A DNA stretch of 64,000 bases from Camelus dromedarius (taxonomy: Eukaryota). Under the pieces are notes generated by a model. It was not told the origin of the DNA, made no database searches, and was given only the letters and a program-made list of their open reading frames with translations. Of the stretch, positions 1 through 12,234 are shown one piece after another. The translations under genes were made by a program, and so were the position numbers. The stretch is taken from contig NC_087437.1 of the NCBI RefSeq assembly GCF_036321535.1, positions 108,936,001-109,000,000 of the forward strand, read 5' to 3'. Positions within the stretch are counted from its first letter, which is position 1. Each line of letters opens with the position of its first letter.

Positions 1-1973
1 AAATGTCCCACAATTAAGAAGTGCCAATAAAAAAGAAGTAAAGAAAACCCTTCCCCGTTAATAAAAAGCACTGCAAGGTGGCAAGCCAAGGGGGGAGGAA
101 AGAGGCCTCTCTCTTCTTAAGAAAATTATATCTGTAAATTTCAGTTTCCCTTCTTAATTATAGCAGCAAAGGGCATTTATCCCTTTCCACAGCTACTCTC
201 ATCTATACTCTTAGGCGTGCAAACACAGAGTCTCAGAATATTTAGGCTGTCATGTAGGTGACTATGCTGAATTCGTGGTTCTGGTACCTCCATGTGGCAA
301 GTTATGGGCTGAAGATAGTGTAGCTTATGAGTGTTCATAAGGACAGGAAATAGGATGCGTGGAGTATTAAGGCTTTCCTGTGCGCAAATCCTTTAACTGG
401 GCACAGATGATTTACTAGCAGCTTGGCTAGGGTGCCCAGAGTAAATTACTATCATTTCCCCTACTGTCACACCTGGTGATTTGCCAGTGTAACAGGTGAA
501 AATTGATGAGAGGGTGGTGATTTCTAGGACATAGACTGGTGGAGCCAGGAGTTCTGAAGTCCTTTGGCAATGGCTTTATCTCATAGGGTGAGTTATCCTG
601 TAATACGACTGGGCACTACTTTTCAATTTTGTTTCACTACGGAGAAGGATAATGGTTCCAACAGGCTGAGTTTATGCTGTGAATGTGTTCGTGGGGCAGC
701 AGGGAAAAGTGCCACCCAGTGCAACTATTATTAGATTTTTCCATGGATTTAGAATACGACAGATGTTCCGCATGAAGGTAAATTTCATCCACCTCTATGT
801 CAAACTTTACTTCCTTTAGAAAATCTCTTCTCAGAGGCTTCCTGATAAATAAGAAGGGCCATCTTATTTATCAACTAGATTTTATAGAATTTTGTAGTAC
901 TGTCTAGAATTTCTTTTGCATCCTGTGTGGGGTCGCTAAATATGACACTCAAAGAAATCTGTGTTCTTGAAGAACACAATGAGAGCAGCAAGTAGTGAGA
1001 AATTCATTAGTTCTCGTTTACTAATATAAAATGAGTGAGGCTGTGACCCAGTCAGACACATAGTTTACAAATAAAGACTATTGTGAAGAAAGGATTAGAC
1101 GGAAGAGCCTATTTAACAATTAAGTCCTATTTTTCAGATGCTATGTAACATTTTTCTATAAATAATTGCAAAGGGTGCTTAAAAAGCTCTTTAAAAGACT
1201 ATTAACTTGTGTTTCTCAAGGTTGTGCTTTTGATAACATGTTGCTAATTAGACCTTAGAGTTACAAACTCAGGGAAAGCCAGTTCTTTAAAAATAATTTC
1301 TGGAAATAGGATTTTCAGCATGTTACGGTGAGAAAGGCTTGCATGCTGGCCTCTAATTCCCTCTTGGATGGGAGAAAAGCAAAGACACCAATCCTTCCTC
1401 TCTTTGGCTGCATATGTTATAAACATCGTTTCACTTGGGCTTTGGTCTTTCATATGGTTCATTCATCCTTGCAAGCATTATTTCCAGGTCAGCATAATTT
1501 CTTCAGTTTGGATACATTTCTCCAAAGAGAGCCTTACTCGTAGGGCTACTCCGCTCTACAAAACGAGATTATGCCTCTGAGCTACAGGAACAGAAAGCAA
1601 GAGGTTATTGAAACAGACCGCTGAAATACTGCCGCATCACGAACTCTCTAAAGCAGTTTAAGGTTTCTGGAGAGAGGGACAGAATTACTAGGGGACGTAT
1701 GTTCACTCCAGCACATAGCAGGTAACTGACATGTAGAGGGTCCCTTGGGTCTGGCTTAGGCCTGGAGATGCTCGTCAGTAACACTGGAATATTGGACCAC
1801 GTCTCTATTTGTAGTCAAGAAGAGTCAGCCGAACGAACTCTGTCTAGTGTTGACTGACAATGCTATTCTTGTGCAAAAAAATCTCCCTCTGAAGAAGGTC
1901 AGCAGAGCATAATGGTTGGTAACTTATTCTGATGCATGGAAATAGACTGATGTTTTTCTTCTTGTTTGCAAAG

Positions 1974-2089
1974 CCTCTGCCACCTTGTCATGACTCCATG
2001 GAATCCATGCAGGTGTTCAAACAGCACTGCCAAATAGCAGAAGAATACCGGGAGGTTAAAAAGGAAATCGCCCTGCTTGAGGAAAGAAA
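1974..2089 (+). CDS. MAP3K7CL: MAP3K7 C-terminal-like protein, penultimate coding exon ([38 protein letters not shown]+AA)
   Basis: Pyrimidine tract plus AAG acceptor (1971-1973) and AA|GTAAGT donor at 2090. 116 nt, ending in phase 2. Translation closely matches the recalled MAP3K7CL / TAK1 C-terminal PLxPC..S.ESM.VF.QHC motif. Confidence 0.95.
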
Positions 2090-2816
2090 GTAAGTACCGT
2101 TCCCTTGAGCGCCCTCATCTCTGAACGCTGTCAGCTGGTCATGGACTGGGGCAGGGACTTCGGGTGATAAGGAAGGGAGAGGCCGAGCATGGGGACGAGA
2201 GGGGGAGGGGCTGGAGGGGAGGAGAACTGATGCTCTGTGGTTCAGGGGTTCCATGTATGTCCTGTTTGATTCTAGAAGTGATCCAAACGGGACTATGCTA
2301 GATTAAATGCTCTACAGAGTAGTAAGAGAAACAGCAGGAGTGCTTTCTATTCAAAACTTAATTTTTTAATCAGCATTTTTTAGTTCAGGAAATTACAAAT
2401 GCCAGAATACCACCTAGAGCCATATTATGTTCCCTGTGAATGTACCCAAAGGCCCCAGAGCTCTTTGTCTTGGGGTGAATTTTAATGCTTAAATGGCGTG
2501 AACCCATGTCAAGTAAAGAAGCCACTGGGATAGCTCTTTGGAATAAATGTAAACATATTAGTTGACTAACTGCATTTCATAGCCCAATAGTCCAGTAAGT
2601 TTTTATCTTGATAGCTTCTATTATCATTACAGTTCTGCTCAGGGAATTACACAGTTCTATTAATTAAAGCACTCACTTTACTTACTCATAACTTTTTTGC
2701 TTCCGAATTTTCCTCCTTTTAATTGCACACAATCCTGCCGCTGTCTACGCAGGGATCTCCCTTCTTTCATACTTACAAAGCATCAGACATCTTTTCTTCG
2801 TAGCACTGGTCAGTGG

Positions 2817-2951
2817 TTTTTTTTTTTAAGGCTTTTTTTTTTTTCCCCTCTTTCTCTCTCTTTTTCCCCCCCTTAATGGAGGTACTGGGGATTGAAACTA
2901 GGACCTCATGCATGCCAAGCATGTGCTCTACCACTGAGCTATACTCCACCC
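2817..2951 (-). mobile_element. Vic-1-type tRNA-derived SINE
   Basis: Reverse complement of GGGTGGAGTATAGCTCAGTGGTAGAG...TTCAATCCCCAGTACCTCCA with a T-rich tail. Confidence 0.85.
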
Positions 2952-2974
2952 TCTACTTACACGTTTATTAGGGA

Positions 2975-3120
2975 GATCTTTTGATTTATATTTGCATCTC
3001 CTGCTAAGTGGTAAGTGCCATAAAAAGGGAGATAGGCCAATATTATTCACCATCATATTCCTGAAGCCTAGCACAGTACGTGGCATGTAGATACTGAATC
3101 AATTTTTGTTGAATGAGTGA
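2975..3120 (+). mobile_element. L2 3' end fragment
   Basis: CCTAGCACAGTACGTGGCATGTAG...TTTGTTGAATGAGTGA, the typical L2 terminus. Confidence 0.65.
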
Positions 3121-3710
3121 CACATAATTCAAACATACTGTGATTCTATAACTTTCTGCATCTCTCCTTCTTTTTACTGGAGTGATATATGGTATCACTC
3201 CATACTTACATTTATATTTATTTATATTTATATTTATTTAAAACAATTTTTGAATGAATACAAGTGAAATATATTCTGTTTTGAGAGATTTATGAAATTC
3301 TTGGGACCCTCTGGAGACCCCCCGGAGTGGTGGTTGGACAGTGCAATACCGGTGAGGAGCCGTATGGGCTGTAGGTCACTTACTGTAAGACTTCTGTGAG
3401 CATGTTACCAATCGTTTCTTACTTCCTTGCTTTGTTGTGCTTCAAACATAAAGTCATACCTCGACTTTTGATTATAGGAGATTAAAAGATGTTCATGAGA
3501 TCAGAAACACAATTTTTTCTTTCACATGTCTGAGACTTTTTTTTTGGTCTAAGAGTTTTCATACATTGGTTGGAATGCTCATTTGTACATTTACGCACAA
3601 TCTGAGTCCTAAAAAAGTTTCATAAAGGAACTCAAGAAGCTTATTAATAATGTAACCAGTGGTGAAGTTAAAGGAGGACTTTATAATCAGTAACCTAGAA
3701 ATGTATCTCC

Positions 3711-3712
<2 letters not shown>

Positions 3713-3740
<28 letters not shown>
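3713..3740. repeat. (GT)14 microsatellite
   Basis: Direct count. Confidence 0.95.
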
Positions 3741-3743
<3 letters not shown>

Positions 3744-4189
3744 CTGTGATGTTGTGACATTTAAAAAAAAACACCAGGTAATTATGTATTTATTTGTAAA
3801 CACTTTAGATTGAAGGTGCTGGAGGACTTTGTTATTTAAATTAACCCCATGTGTGGCTCTTTTGCGGGGAGGGGCGATGTAAGATTTATCAACCAAATTA
3901 TATGTTTTGTAAGTTTATATTTTTATATGTTGCATTAAAAAATACAATAGGATAACAAGATGAAAGGGATTCATCTGGTCTTTTATTGAAACATCCCTGC
4001 TGTTTCTGCTAACCTAATCATACTTCCTTCCCATACCTATTTGAACTTTGGAGTTTCCTTGAAACCATGATGTTGTCATTTTTTTCTTTTCTTTTTTCCC
4101 TAATTGGCTAGCTGTGAGGCAAAGATCACATTCTTTTATTATTTTTTTTTCCTTTCTTTGATAAAGTCTCTCAGATTCCCTTTTCTTCA

Positions 4190-4690
4190 TCCTCACTTCT
4201 ACCATTTGAGATCGGGACTTATTACTTCAAATCTTGGTCAAGGCAACATTATAACTGGTCTCCCTGTCCACGGTTTCATACTGCTAGAGAAGGACACCAG
4301 TTCTTGGCCTGGAATTCAAGATCTACCTCAGTATGGCCTTAGTACCTCTGCGGAATGTTCTAGCTCATCCCTCATCTTCAGCCACATGACCCTATTACTC
4401 ACTTTTTCCTGCCTCTGCGCCCTTACTCCCACCAAGATCTCTGTCCAGAGTCCCTGTCCTTCCTCTTTGCCTGTCCAAATGCTCGCCTTGAGGAAAGCCT
4501 CTTGCATTGCCCGGCCCCAACCTTCCCACGGTGATCAGCGCTTTTTTCTTTTGGTACTTTTTGCAGGCTAGTGTCATCAGCAGTTATCTGCTGAAGTTCA
4601 CGTCCTGTCTTTCTGACTGTGTAGTTTTCTGTAGACCTGGATACCCTTTGATACCTCTTTGTATCCCAATCACTGAACAGGGGAGCTGCG
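4190..4690 (+). mobile_element. Degraded L2 fragment
   Basis: ACTGGTCTCCCTG...GGCCTGGAATTCAAGATCT...TTCAGCCACA...GCCTTGAGGAAAGCCT, L2-like motifs in order. Confidence 0.5.
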
Positions 4691-5157
4691 CGTAGGGTAA
4701 AATACAAGTAGGGGTGATTTACACGGCTGACTATAGGTAATGTCCTCTGCAGTTTTATTTGTGATTTGTGTGGCCTGTATTTAACGTACAGAGTCAACAT
4801 CAGCAATAAAGAATTACTCAGATAAATTGTTAAAATAGGAAGTATGGTTATATCTTATATTTATAAATACATGAGCTTGGTCTTCCAAGAGTTATTGGTT
4901 ATCTGTGTTTTCATTAACATTTCACTGAAGAAGAAATTCACTTTGTAACAGATATTTTCCTGAACAGCTTTTGTGTTCAAGCAAGATAACTTGGGCCAAA
5001 TGGATTTGACCCAAGTAATTAGTTCTCCATTTTTTGATGATTTGGATGAGAAGTTCTTCCCCCTCATTTAATAAAGTGTGGCTGATTATGTTGCTTCTGG
5101 TGATTGGCTGGTGTAAGCTAGATGCACAGAGAGATGCTAACTCAGGTGTTTTAAGAG

Positions 5158-5390
5158 TTTTTTTTTTGTTTTTTTAAACTGACATATAGTCAGTTTAGAA
5201 TGTTGTGTTAATTTCTGGTGTTATACACAGAATATATATATATATTCCTTTCATATTCTTTTTCATTATAGGCTATTACAAGGCATTGGATATAGTTCCC
5301 TGAGCTATACAGTAGGACCTTGTTGTTTATCTATTTTATATAGTAGTTAGTATCTACAAATCCTGAACTCCCAGTTTATCCCTTCCCCTT
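5158..5390 (-). mobile_element. Young L1 3' end (camelid type), 5'-truncated
   Basis: Poly-T followed by ATAGTCAGTTTAGAATGTTGTGTTAATTTCTGGTG...TAGTTCCCTGAGCTATACAGTAGGACC, shared with the copies at 36331, 46259 and 56408. Confidence 0.8.
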
Positions 5391-5974
5391 TGTATTTACT
5401 GGAGCCATGTGGGCACAAGTTAAGCTGAACTTCTCTCTCATCTCCAGAGGGGGTCTCCCTGGATCTAGTTTGTGAGACTTTTCAGAGAGGAGAGAACAGT
5501 TGTTTACAACCATTTTTTAAAATCATGCCTGTTGGGTAGATAAAAACAGTCAAACATTTTCTAGGATTACAAACTCAGCATGGAGTGAATTTAATTGAAA
5601 GAATTTCTTCTGGCTTATAGACCAATGATGTAAAAAAGCTTGTTCTTACTTTCCTTGAAAATTTTTCTCCTCTCAACTGAAAAAAAAGATAATTTTATTG
5701 AAAGCTTTAAAAATTACCAAGAATTCTGACATCGTTACAGACCTCCTACTATCATTTTTGCCTATTTTTTTTCTAGGTCTTTTGAATGTGCATAGATATT
5801 TTTTAGATAATTGCATATATGGTAACATAAAATGTATACATGCTTTTTCAATAAATATTATAAGTATTATATAATACATACAGGTTTTTTGTGTATGTAA
5901 TGGAAACTCATGGAAGTGAGATATAGATATTTTACAGCATTTGAAATTTATCATTACATTGTTTGAACGTTTTT

Positions 5975-5991
5975 ATTTTTATTTTAAAATT

Positions 5992-6042
<51 letters not shown>

Positions 6043-6125
6043 TTAAGGGAGGTACTGGGGATTGAACCCAGGACCTCGTCCATGCTAAGCCTGTCTTCTA
6101 CCAATGAACTGTCCCCTCTCCTCTA
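5975..6125 (-). mobile_element. Vic-1-type SINE with a (TTTA)13 tail
   Basis: GAGGTACTGGGGATTGAACCCAGGACC core. TSD TTTGAA(C/T)GTTTTT at 5962-5974 and 6126-6138. Confidence 0.85.
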
Positions 6126-6354
6126 TTTGAATGTTTTTTAAAGTGTATGGTTAAACTATAGTTAGCTCTGCAATTAGATTTACCATTAGTAAAAGTTGCT
6201 TTGTATTTTATCTTGCTCAAAGGAGAAACCACTTCATTTATTGCTCTATGTAAGAAAAATTGTGTTAGGTGCTGTGGTGTTTAAAAGGTTGACTTGGAAT
6301 GTCAGAAAAAGAGATCAACTCTTAGAATAGTCAGCTTGAAAAATGTTACATAAC

Positions 6355-7430
6355 TTAAAAAAAATTTAGTGGTCTTCGGTGGACTCACAGAGTTGTGCAG
6401 CCATCATCACAATTTTAGAACATTTTCATCACCCTAGAAACAAACCTTGTACCCCTGAATAGTCACCTCCCATTCCTCTCTCCTCTCATCAGCCACTGGC
6501 AACTGCTAATCTACTTTCTGTCTCTATGGATTTGCCTGTTCTGGAGATTTCAGAGAAGTGGAATCATACAGTACGTGGCTTTTGCGACTGGCTTCCTTCA
6601 CTTAGCGTGGTTTTCAGGGTTCATCCGCGTTGTGGCATGCATCAGTGCAGGCAGAACTTGGAGACATTGCAGGTTCGGGTCCAGGCCGCTGCAGCAAAGC
6701 AAATATTGCAAGAGAGAGTCACACAAATTTTTTGGTTTCCCTGTGTATGTGAAAGTTCTGTTTACTCTATACTGTAGTCGATTAAGTGTGCGATACCATT
6801 ATGTCTTAACAAAATGCATGTATGTTAATTAAAAAACACTTTATTGCTAAAAATGCTAACAGTCATTTGAGCCTTAAGCAAGTTGTAGTCTTTTGGCAAT
6901 AATAACATCAAAGATCACTGATCACAGATCACCATTACAAATATAATAATAATGAAAAGGTTTGAAATATTGTGAGAATCACCAAAATGAGACACAGACA
7001 TGAAGTGAGCTATTGGAAAAAATGGTGCCAATAGACTTGCTCAGTGCAGGGTTGCCACAAAACCTCAAATTGTTAAAAAAAAAAAACCCACAAAATCTGC
7101 AAAGCACAATAAAACAAAGTGTAATAAAATGAGGTATGCCTGTACTTCATTCCTTTTTAGTGTCAAATAATATTCCATTGTATAGCTATACCATATTTCA
7201 TTTATCCATTCATCAGCTGATGGACATTTGGGTTATTTGCACTTCTGGCTATTATAAATAATGCTGCTACAAACATTCATATGTAAGTGTGCGTGTGGAC
7301 ATATCTTTTCAATTCACTTAGTTATGTACCTAGGAGTAGATACATCTGTGACTTCTTGGAGAAATGTCCATTCAGATCTTTGCCCATTTTAAAACTGACT
7401 TACATGTTTTTTTATTATTGAGTTGAAAAA
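6355..7430 (-). mobile_element. L1MB-like 3' region, interrupted by a Tigger1 derivative
   Basis: CACAGAGTTGTGCAGCCATCATCAC...CTAATCTACTTTCTGTCTCTATGGATTTGCC...TATCCATTCATCAGCTGATGGACATTTGGG. Confidence 0.8.
6648..7142 (-). mobile_element. Internally deleted Tigger1 MITE (~495 bp; Tigger1a_Art-like)
   Basis: Termini CAGGCAGAAC... and ...GAGGTATGCCTG with flanks TG/TA (degenerate TA TSD). Both Tigger1 ends are joined with no transposase ORF. Confidence 0.85.
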
Positions 7431-7646
7431 TGCTATGATAATTCTAGGGGCAGGCAAGACATTAGAAAAGGGTTTTCATAAGAGAATCAATCAATATCAT
7501 TGTTTATTTTCATGTCTTTTTTAAAATACATAAAATGATGATTGAGGGAGCAACATCTTATTGAAGGGAATGTATCAGGTTGGGGGAGAAAGGAGCTTGT
7601 GTAATTTGTAAAGGCATCACCTAGAAATAGCCCTCTTTGTCATCTT

Positions 7647-7788
7647 TTTGTTTTGTTTTTGTGTGTGTGTTTGGGGAGGAAATTAGGTTTATTTATTTAT
7701 ATATGCTTTAATGGAGGTACTAGGGATTGAACCAGGACTTCTTGCATGCTAAGAATGCACTCTACCACTGAGCTATACCTTCCCTCCC
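7647..7788 (-). mobile_element. Vic-1-type SINE (long-tail form)
   Basis: A and B box core. Perfect 12 bp TSD CTTTGTCATCTT at 7635-7646 and 7789-7800. Confidence 0.9.
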
Positions 7789-9454
7789 CTTTGTCATCTT
7801 GAAGCATCTATTCCGTCTCTCCTGTGTATAAATGCTTGTAATAGAACACATATCATTTAAAAAACACAAACAATGCAGTCTAAATCACTATTTAAACTAA
7901 AATTCTCCCCATTATGAAGATAGTATTTTATTACCTTATTATCCAAAACTCTTTAGCTCATGGGGGCCAAACTGCCTAGGATTTTATTTTTTCCAACTAA
8001 AAGTCTCTAGTCAACTTTGAAAGTTCCAAGAATCATAGTAATGGTCTTTCCAGAAACAAAGAAATATTTGTCCTCATAATGAGTCCATTTCCCAACCTCT
8101 TGCAGCATAAAGAATCTCCTTAATTTTGGAGTTAGTTTCCACAAATCTTCAAAGTTCTCTTTACCAACTCATTTGGATTTTCCCTTTCCTCATTTGTTTT
8201 AGCAAATACATTTTTCCAGGCATGTGGCTTAGGATGGGGACAGGAGCTGATGTATGGTGGACCCAGGGTTATGACCTTTTCACTGTTGAGGTACATCTCG
8301 TGGAAAACTATGTTACAGGTCTTGACTTCAGAAATAAGGTTCCTGTAACATTGGTCTTCTACACCTTTATCACATGACATTGAAGGGAATGACAGAAATG
8401 ATAAACGAGAATTCAAAGGCAGGACCACATTCTAGACAAATATACCTATTGACTTGTTCCTCAGATCATCTTTTTATAAGATTATCTCTGTAGCTCACTG
8501 TGCAGGGTATAATTATGAATTGCTAATGAATCAGCATCAATTTGTCTATATAAATAGGTCTTGGACAGGAGACAATAGACGTTTTGACAGTATTCAATAA
8601 ATAGATATATAATTGCTTATCAAATACATGAAACTAATTTAGAATTCTGTCAATTGAGACCTCCTTGATTCCAGTAAAGAAGAAATTATTATTGACTTTC
8701 TCTGATGCAAGAATATTAGACTAGACACTAACCACCATTCTTTTTAGCTGTAAAATCTGTGATTTTATGATTTATTTTTCCTACCAGTCAAAACTAATGA
8801 CAGATGTCCTCAGGAGTTTTAAATGGGCTCAGATATGGAACCAAGACAGTAGCCATCATTTGTGTGACACAGTTAATTTGAAAGGCAGAACGTAACAGGA
8901 ATAGATAATCTGAAGGGTAAGGGATTTAGAGGCATGTCTCTTTCTATTTATGTTTTACTGACCAATTTCCTTAAGAGAGTTACATAAGGAACTTTACTAA
9001 TATTTAATTATTGACATTTATTGCTCAAACTATCCTTAGAGGCAAAGAACTCTAAACATTTATTCAAAAGGGTAGGTTTGATTTTTGGCTGTGTGACTTT
9101 TTCAGTTAGATTAAGCACTTTGAGTTTCTATTTCCTCATCTTTAAAATATACGTTATTTGTCTCTGAGGTGCCTTACTCTTCAATTATTTATTCAACAAG
9201 TGTTTATTGGGAGGCTTTATATTGTAAATGCCATGGAAGATTCAAAGATCAACAAAATCCCAAAGAAACTTTGTGTACATGCACATCAACGTTCCAAGTG
9301 ATTTTCCCTTTGTCCCTGTTGGGCGCTATCTTAACAACGCCTGGATTTGCTAAGTGGTCACCAAATTGGGTACACAAGGCAGTCCATTGAATGCAGGAAG
9401 AAAATACTAGAAATTTTATTCTGATTTGCTCTTTATCTTTTTCCCGGGGTAACT

Positions 9455-9629
9455 GTTTATTTTGCTAGTTTCAGACTTACAGAGAAGTTGCAAAACTGGT
9501 ATAAAGAACTGCCATATATCCTTTACTGAGTTCACTCATTGTTAAAAATTTCCCCAGTTGTGCTTTATTCTCCCTCCCCCAACACTGCACACTACTGGGG
9601 TTGTCTCTCTTTCTCTCTTAGAGATGGGG

Positions 9630-9688
<59 letters not shown>

Positions 9689-10180
9689 ATTACATGCACA
9701 TATACAGATATATATCTTATTCTCCATTGCCCTAAATACTTCAGTGAGTATTTCCTAAGAACAAGGACATTCTTTCACTTGACCTCAGTACAATAATTAA
9801 AATGAAGAAATTTAGCATTGCTACAGTTCTATTATCTAATTCACAGTCCATATTTATACTGCATCCCTTTCCCAATAATGTCCTTCACAGCCCTTGTTTC
9901 CAGTCCAGAATTGCACATTGCATATAGTTGTCATTTGTCATTTGTTTTTAGTTGTTATAAATATGAAACAGTTTTTTTAAAAAAACACTTTAAAGAGTAC
10001 AGGCTAGCTATTTGGAAGCAATTCCCTTAATTTGAGGCTGTCTGGTGTGTGCACTTCTGGCAGGAATGCCACAGAAAGGATGTCATGTCCTTCATGGTGC
10101 ATGCTACGTCTACCGATCTCATTACTAATGATGTCAAATTTGGTCACTTGGTGAGAGTGGTCTTCCAGGTTTCTCTGCAC
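9455..10180 (-). mobile_element. Old L1 (L1MC/ME-like) 3' end
   Basis: TTTCAGACTTACAGAGAAGTTGCAAAA...CCTAAATACTTCAGTGAGTATTTCCTAAGAACAAGGACATTCT. Confidence 0.7.
9630..9685. repeat. (TATC)14 perfect tetranucleotide microsatellite
   Basis: Direct count. Confidence 0.95.
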
Positions 10181-11093
10181 GTCTCCCTACAGAGGAGGAA
10201 GAAGTGTGAAATGCCCTTGTATTGAGGCAAAGGAGAATTCACTTAAGTCTAGTTTAGGATTAACTGACACACAAAGGGGAATGGACCTGTTTTGGGTTGT
10301 CGTGCTTATTAAATCTAAACATGATTTTAGCCAGTCTTTAGCTTATTATTATGTCTATTTACATCAATGAATTATTTACACATATTTACTGAACATCGAA
10401 TTTGTTTAAAGCATCATCACTGCAAGTTCCCTCCAATAACTTTAGCCTCTTCCTGAGTCAGGCCAGTACCAAATGTAGGTATGTTGCTTTGTTAATTAGG
10501 GTGACCAGATACACACACATACACACACACATCTATATTGAGAGAGAGAGAGAGACTAGAGAAAGACGTGGAAAATAGTATCTGCAGGAAACAATTGGAA
10601 TTTCTTAGTTCAAAGAAGCCTAGTACAGATTGGTTAAACTCAAAGACAGAAAACAATAGAAGATAATAACTGAATTTGGAGGAGAAAGATTAGTAAGTAA
10701 AGGTATGATTCTCCCACCCATAAGACAACAGGTGGCATCTTAAATTATAAACTAATTTTTCTGTGTTTTTCCTCTAAAGTAGTAATTTTAATTTACTTTT
10801 TTTTTGGTACTCTTAAAAAGATCACTCTTTTTGACTGTCAAAGGACTTATTGAGATTTTGGGGGTATGTGTTTACTACTCTGGATATATCTAGTAGGGGG
10901 GCTGGAGTAGAATGAAGAGCTCTAACACTTGTGAGGCTGGAAAATGCAAGCCAGTCATTGGGGGCAAGCAGAGACGGGTAAAATTTAGAAGGGTAGAGTG
11001 ACCTATTCTGCGTCCGCGATGCTGTTACTGTGTCATTGAATCTGTTTGCATTGTGTTCTGTGCTTCTTCCTCGCCTGGCCCCTGCATCTTCAG

Positions 11094-11274
11094 AAAGGAG
11101 CTCATTGCCAAGCTGGATCAGGCGGAAAAGGAGAAGCTGGATGCCGCTCAGCTGGCGCGGGAATTCGAGGCTCTGACGGAGGAGAATCGGACGTTGAAGC
11201 TGGCCCAGTCCCAATGCGTAGAACAACTGGAGAAGCTTAGAATACAGTATCAGAAGAGACAGGGCTCGTCCTAA
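11094..11274 (+). CDS. MAP3K7CL: MAP3K7CL last coding exon (coiled coil, KELIAKLDQAEKEK...RIQYQKRQGSS*)
   Basis: Pyrimidine tract plus CAG acceptor (11091-11093). The first base completes an AAA codon with the upstream exon, giving in-frame RKKELIAK. TAA at 11272-11274. The C-terminus KRQGSS parallels TAK1 KRQGTS. Confidence 0.96.
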
Positions 11275-11904
11275 CTTGAAGTTATTCAATGTGAGCCTAA
11301 GAGGTTGGCGACTGCTGTGCGCTGGCCGAAAGATTTTTATTTTAAAGGGATAGTGAGTAAAATCTATTGCTTCCCCTCATTATCCACACGGCAAACGTCT
11401 ATACTAATGAGTTTAATGCTTGCCAGATCTAGTTTGAGAGAAGGGATCTTGTATTTTAAATCAGATAGTTGAAGGGAACCTATTATCAGTACAAATTTTC
11501 AGAGATCTTAATTTGTTTCTAAAGATATTTTTTTTTCTTATTTAGCAAGATACGATCATGCTGTACATCAGGGTAGAAAATGATAGAAATAGAGTATTGA
11601 CTTATTCACGAACTAAGAGTCATGGACAGAATTAAGCCATGAAACACACTAGTAAGATGCTCACTGTTGTTTCACATCTGCGTGTTTTTAAATTTCACGC
11701 TGTTCACATTTCAACGGTGCTCCAATCTGAACCGTCAGAAACTTCTCTGCATATATTTATGTTCAGTAGAGTTAGGTTTCATCCCTCAGTGATTGGTTGT
11801 ACTAAGAATAAATGGTTGCATATCATAAAAGCTTTCTCATGAAAATATTAGCAGAAAGCATGTTTGTGCCAAAAGCACGTTTGCCAGTGCTAACTTGCTG
11901 TTGT

Positions 11905-11910
11905 AATAAA
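11905..11910 (+). terminator. Candidate polyadenylation signal AATAAA (a second one at 11807-11812)
   Basis: Canonical hexamer with GT-rich sequence (TGCTTGTGTGTGTT) ~60 nt downstream. Confidence 0.5.
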
Positions 11911-12228
11911 AAATTGATAAGGTTGCATTTTCTTTACGCCACGTTACCTCCTGGTAAACATCACTGCCTTTGCTTGTGTGTGTTCTGGGGGAAATAGAAC
12001 AGTATTGTTTGGACATTACTTTGGTGAGTTCCCATGAAAACATCGGTAAAATTCTAACTATCACTCTGTTTTGAATTTAAGAAGATGTTTTGGCTCATTG
12101 ATAACTAATAAGAACATATAAGTAAATTCAGGATTAAAATTATTTTTTCCTTGTTCTATCTATCACCATATTGTCTCAAATTGATCTCTTTGTTTTATGT
12201 CCATTTCTATTCCTGTAATTTCTTTTTC

Positions 12229-12234
12229 ATTAAA
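12229..12234 (+). terminator. Candidate distal polyadenylation signal ATTAAA
   Basis: T-rich upstream sequence and GT/T-rich downstream sequence (GTGTCAGTCGGTATTTTGTCCCTTT). Confidence 0.5.

Larger units (their letters stand above)
2090..11093 (+). other. MAP3K7CL: MAP3K7CL last intron (GT-AG, phase 2, ~9 kb)
   Basis: GTAAGT...CTTCAG boundaries, and the reading frame is preserved across the splice. Confidence 0.93.

Noticed and set aside
4104..4806. Overlapping 155 aa and 127 aa ORFs
   Set aside because: They lie over a degraded L2 inside the intron.
10724..10740. CTCF-like ACAACAGGTGGCATC (similar motifs near 22050 and 24670)
   Set aside because: Partial matches lacking the 5' CC core; expected by chance at this window size.
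11053..11093. N-terminal MFCASSSPGPCIFR of the listed 73 aa ORF
   Set aside because: This is the intronic polypyrimidine tract; the exon starts at 11094.
10822..11289. 155 aa minus-strand ORF
   Set aside because: Antisense shadow of the MAP3K7CL coiled-coil exon, with a non-ATG start and no recognisable domain.
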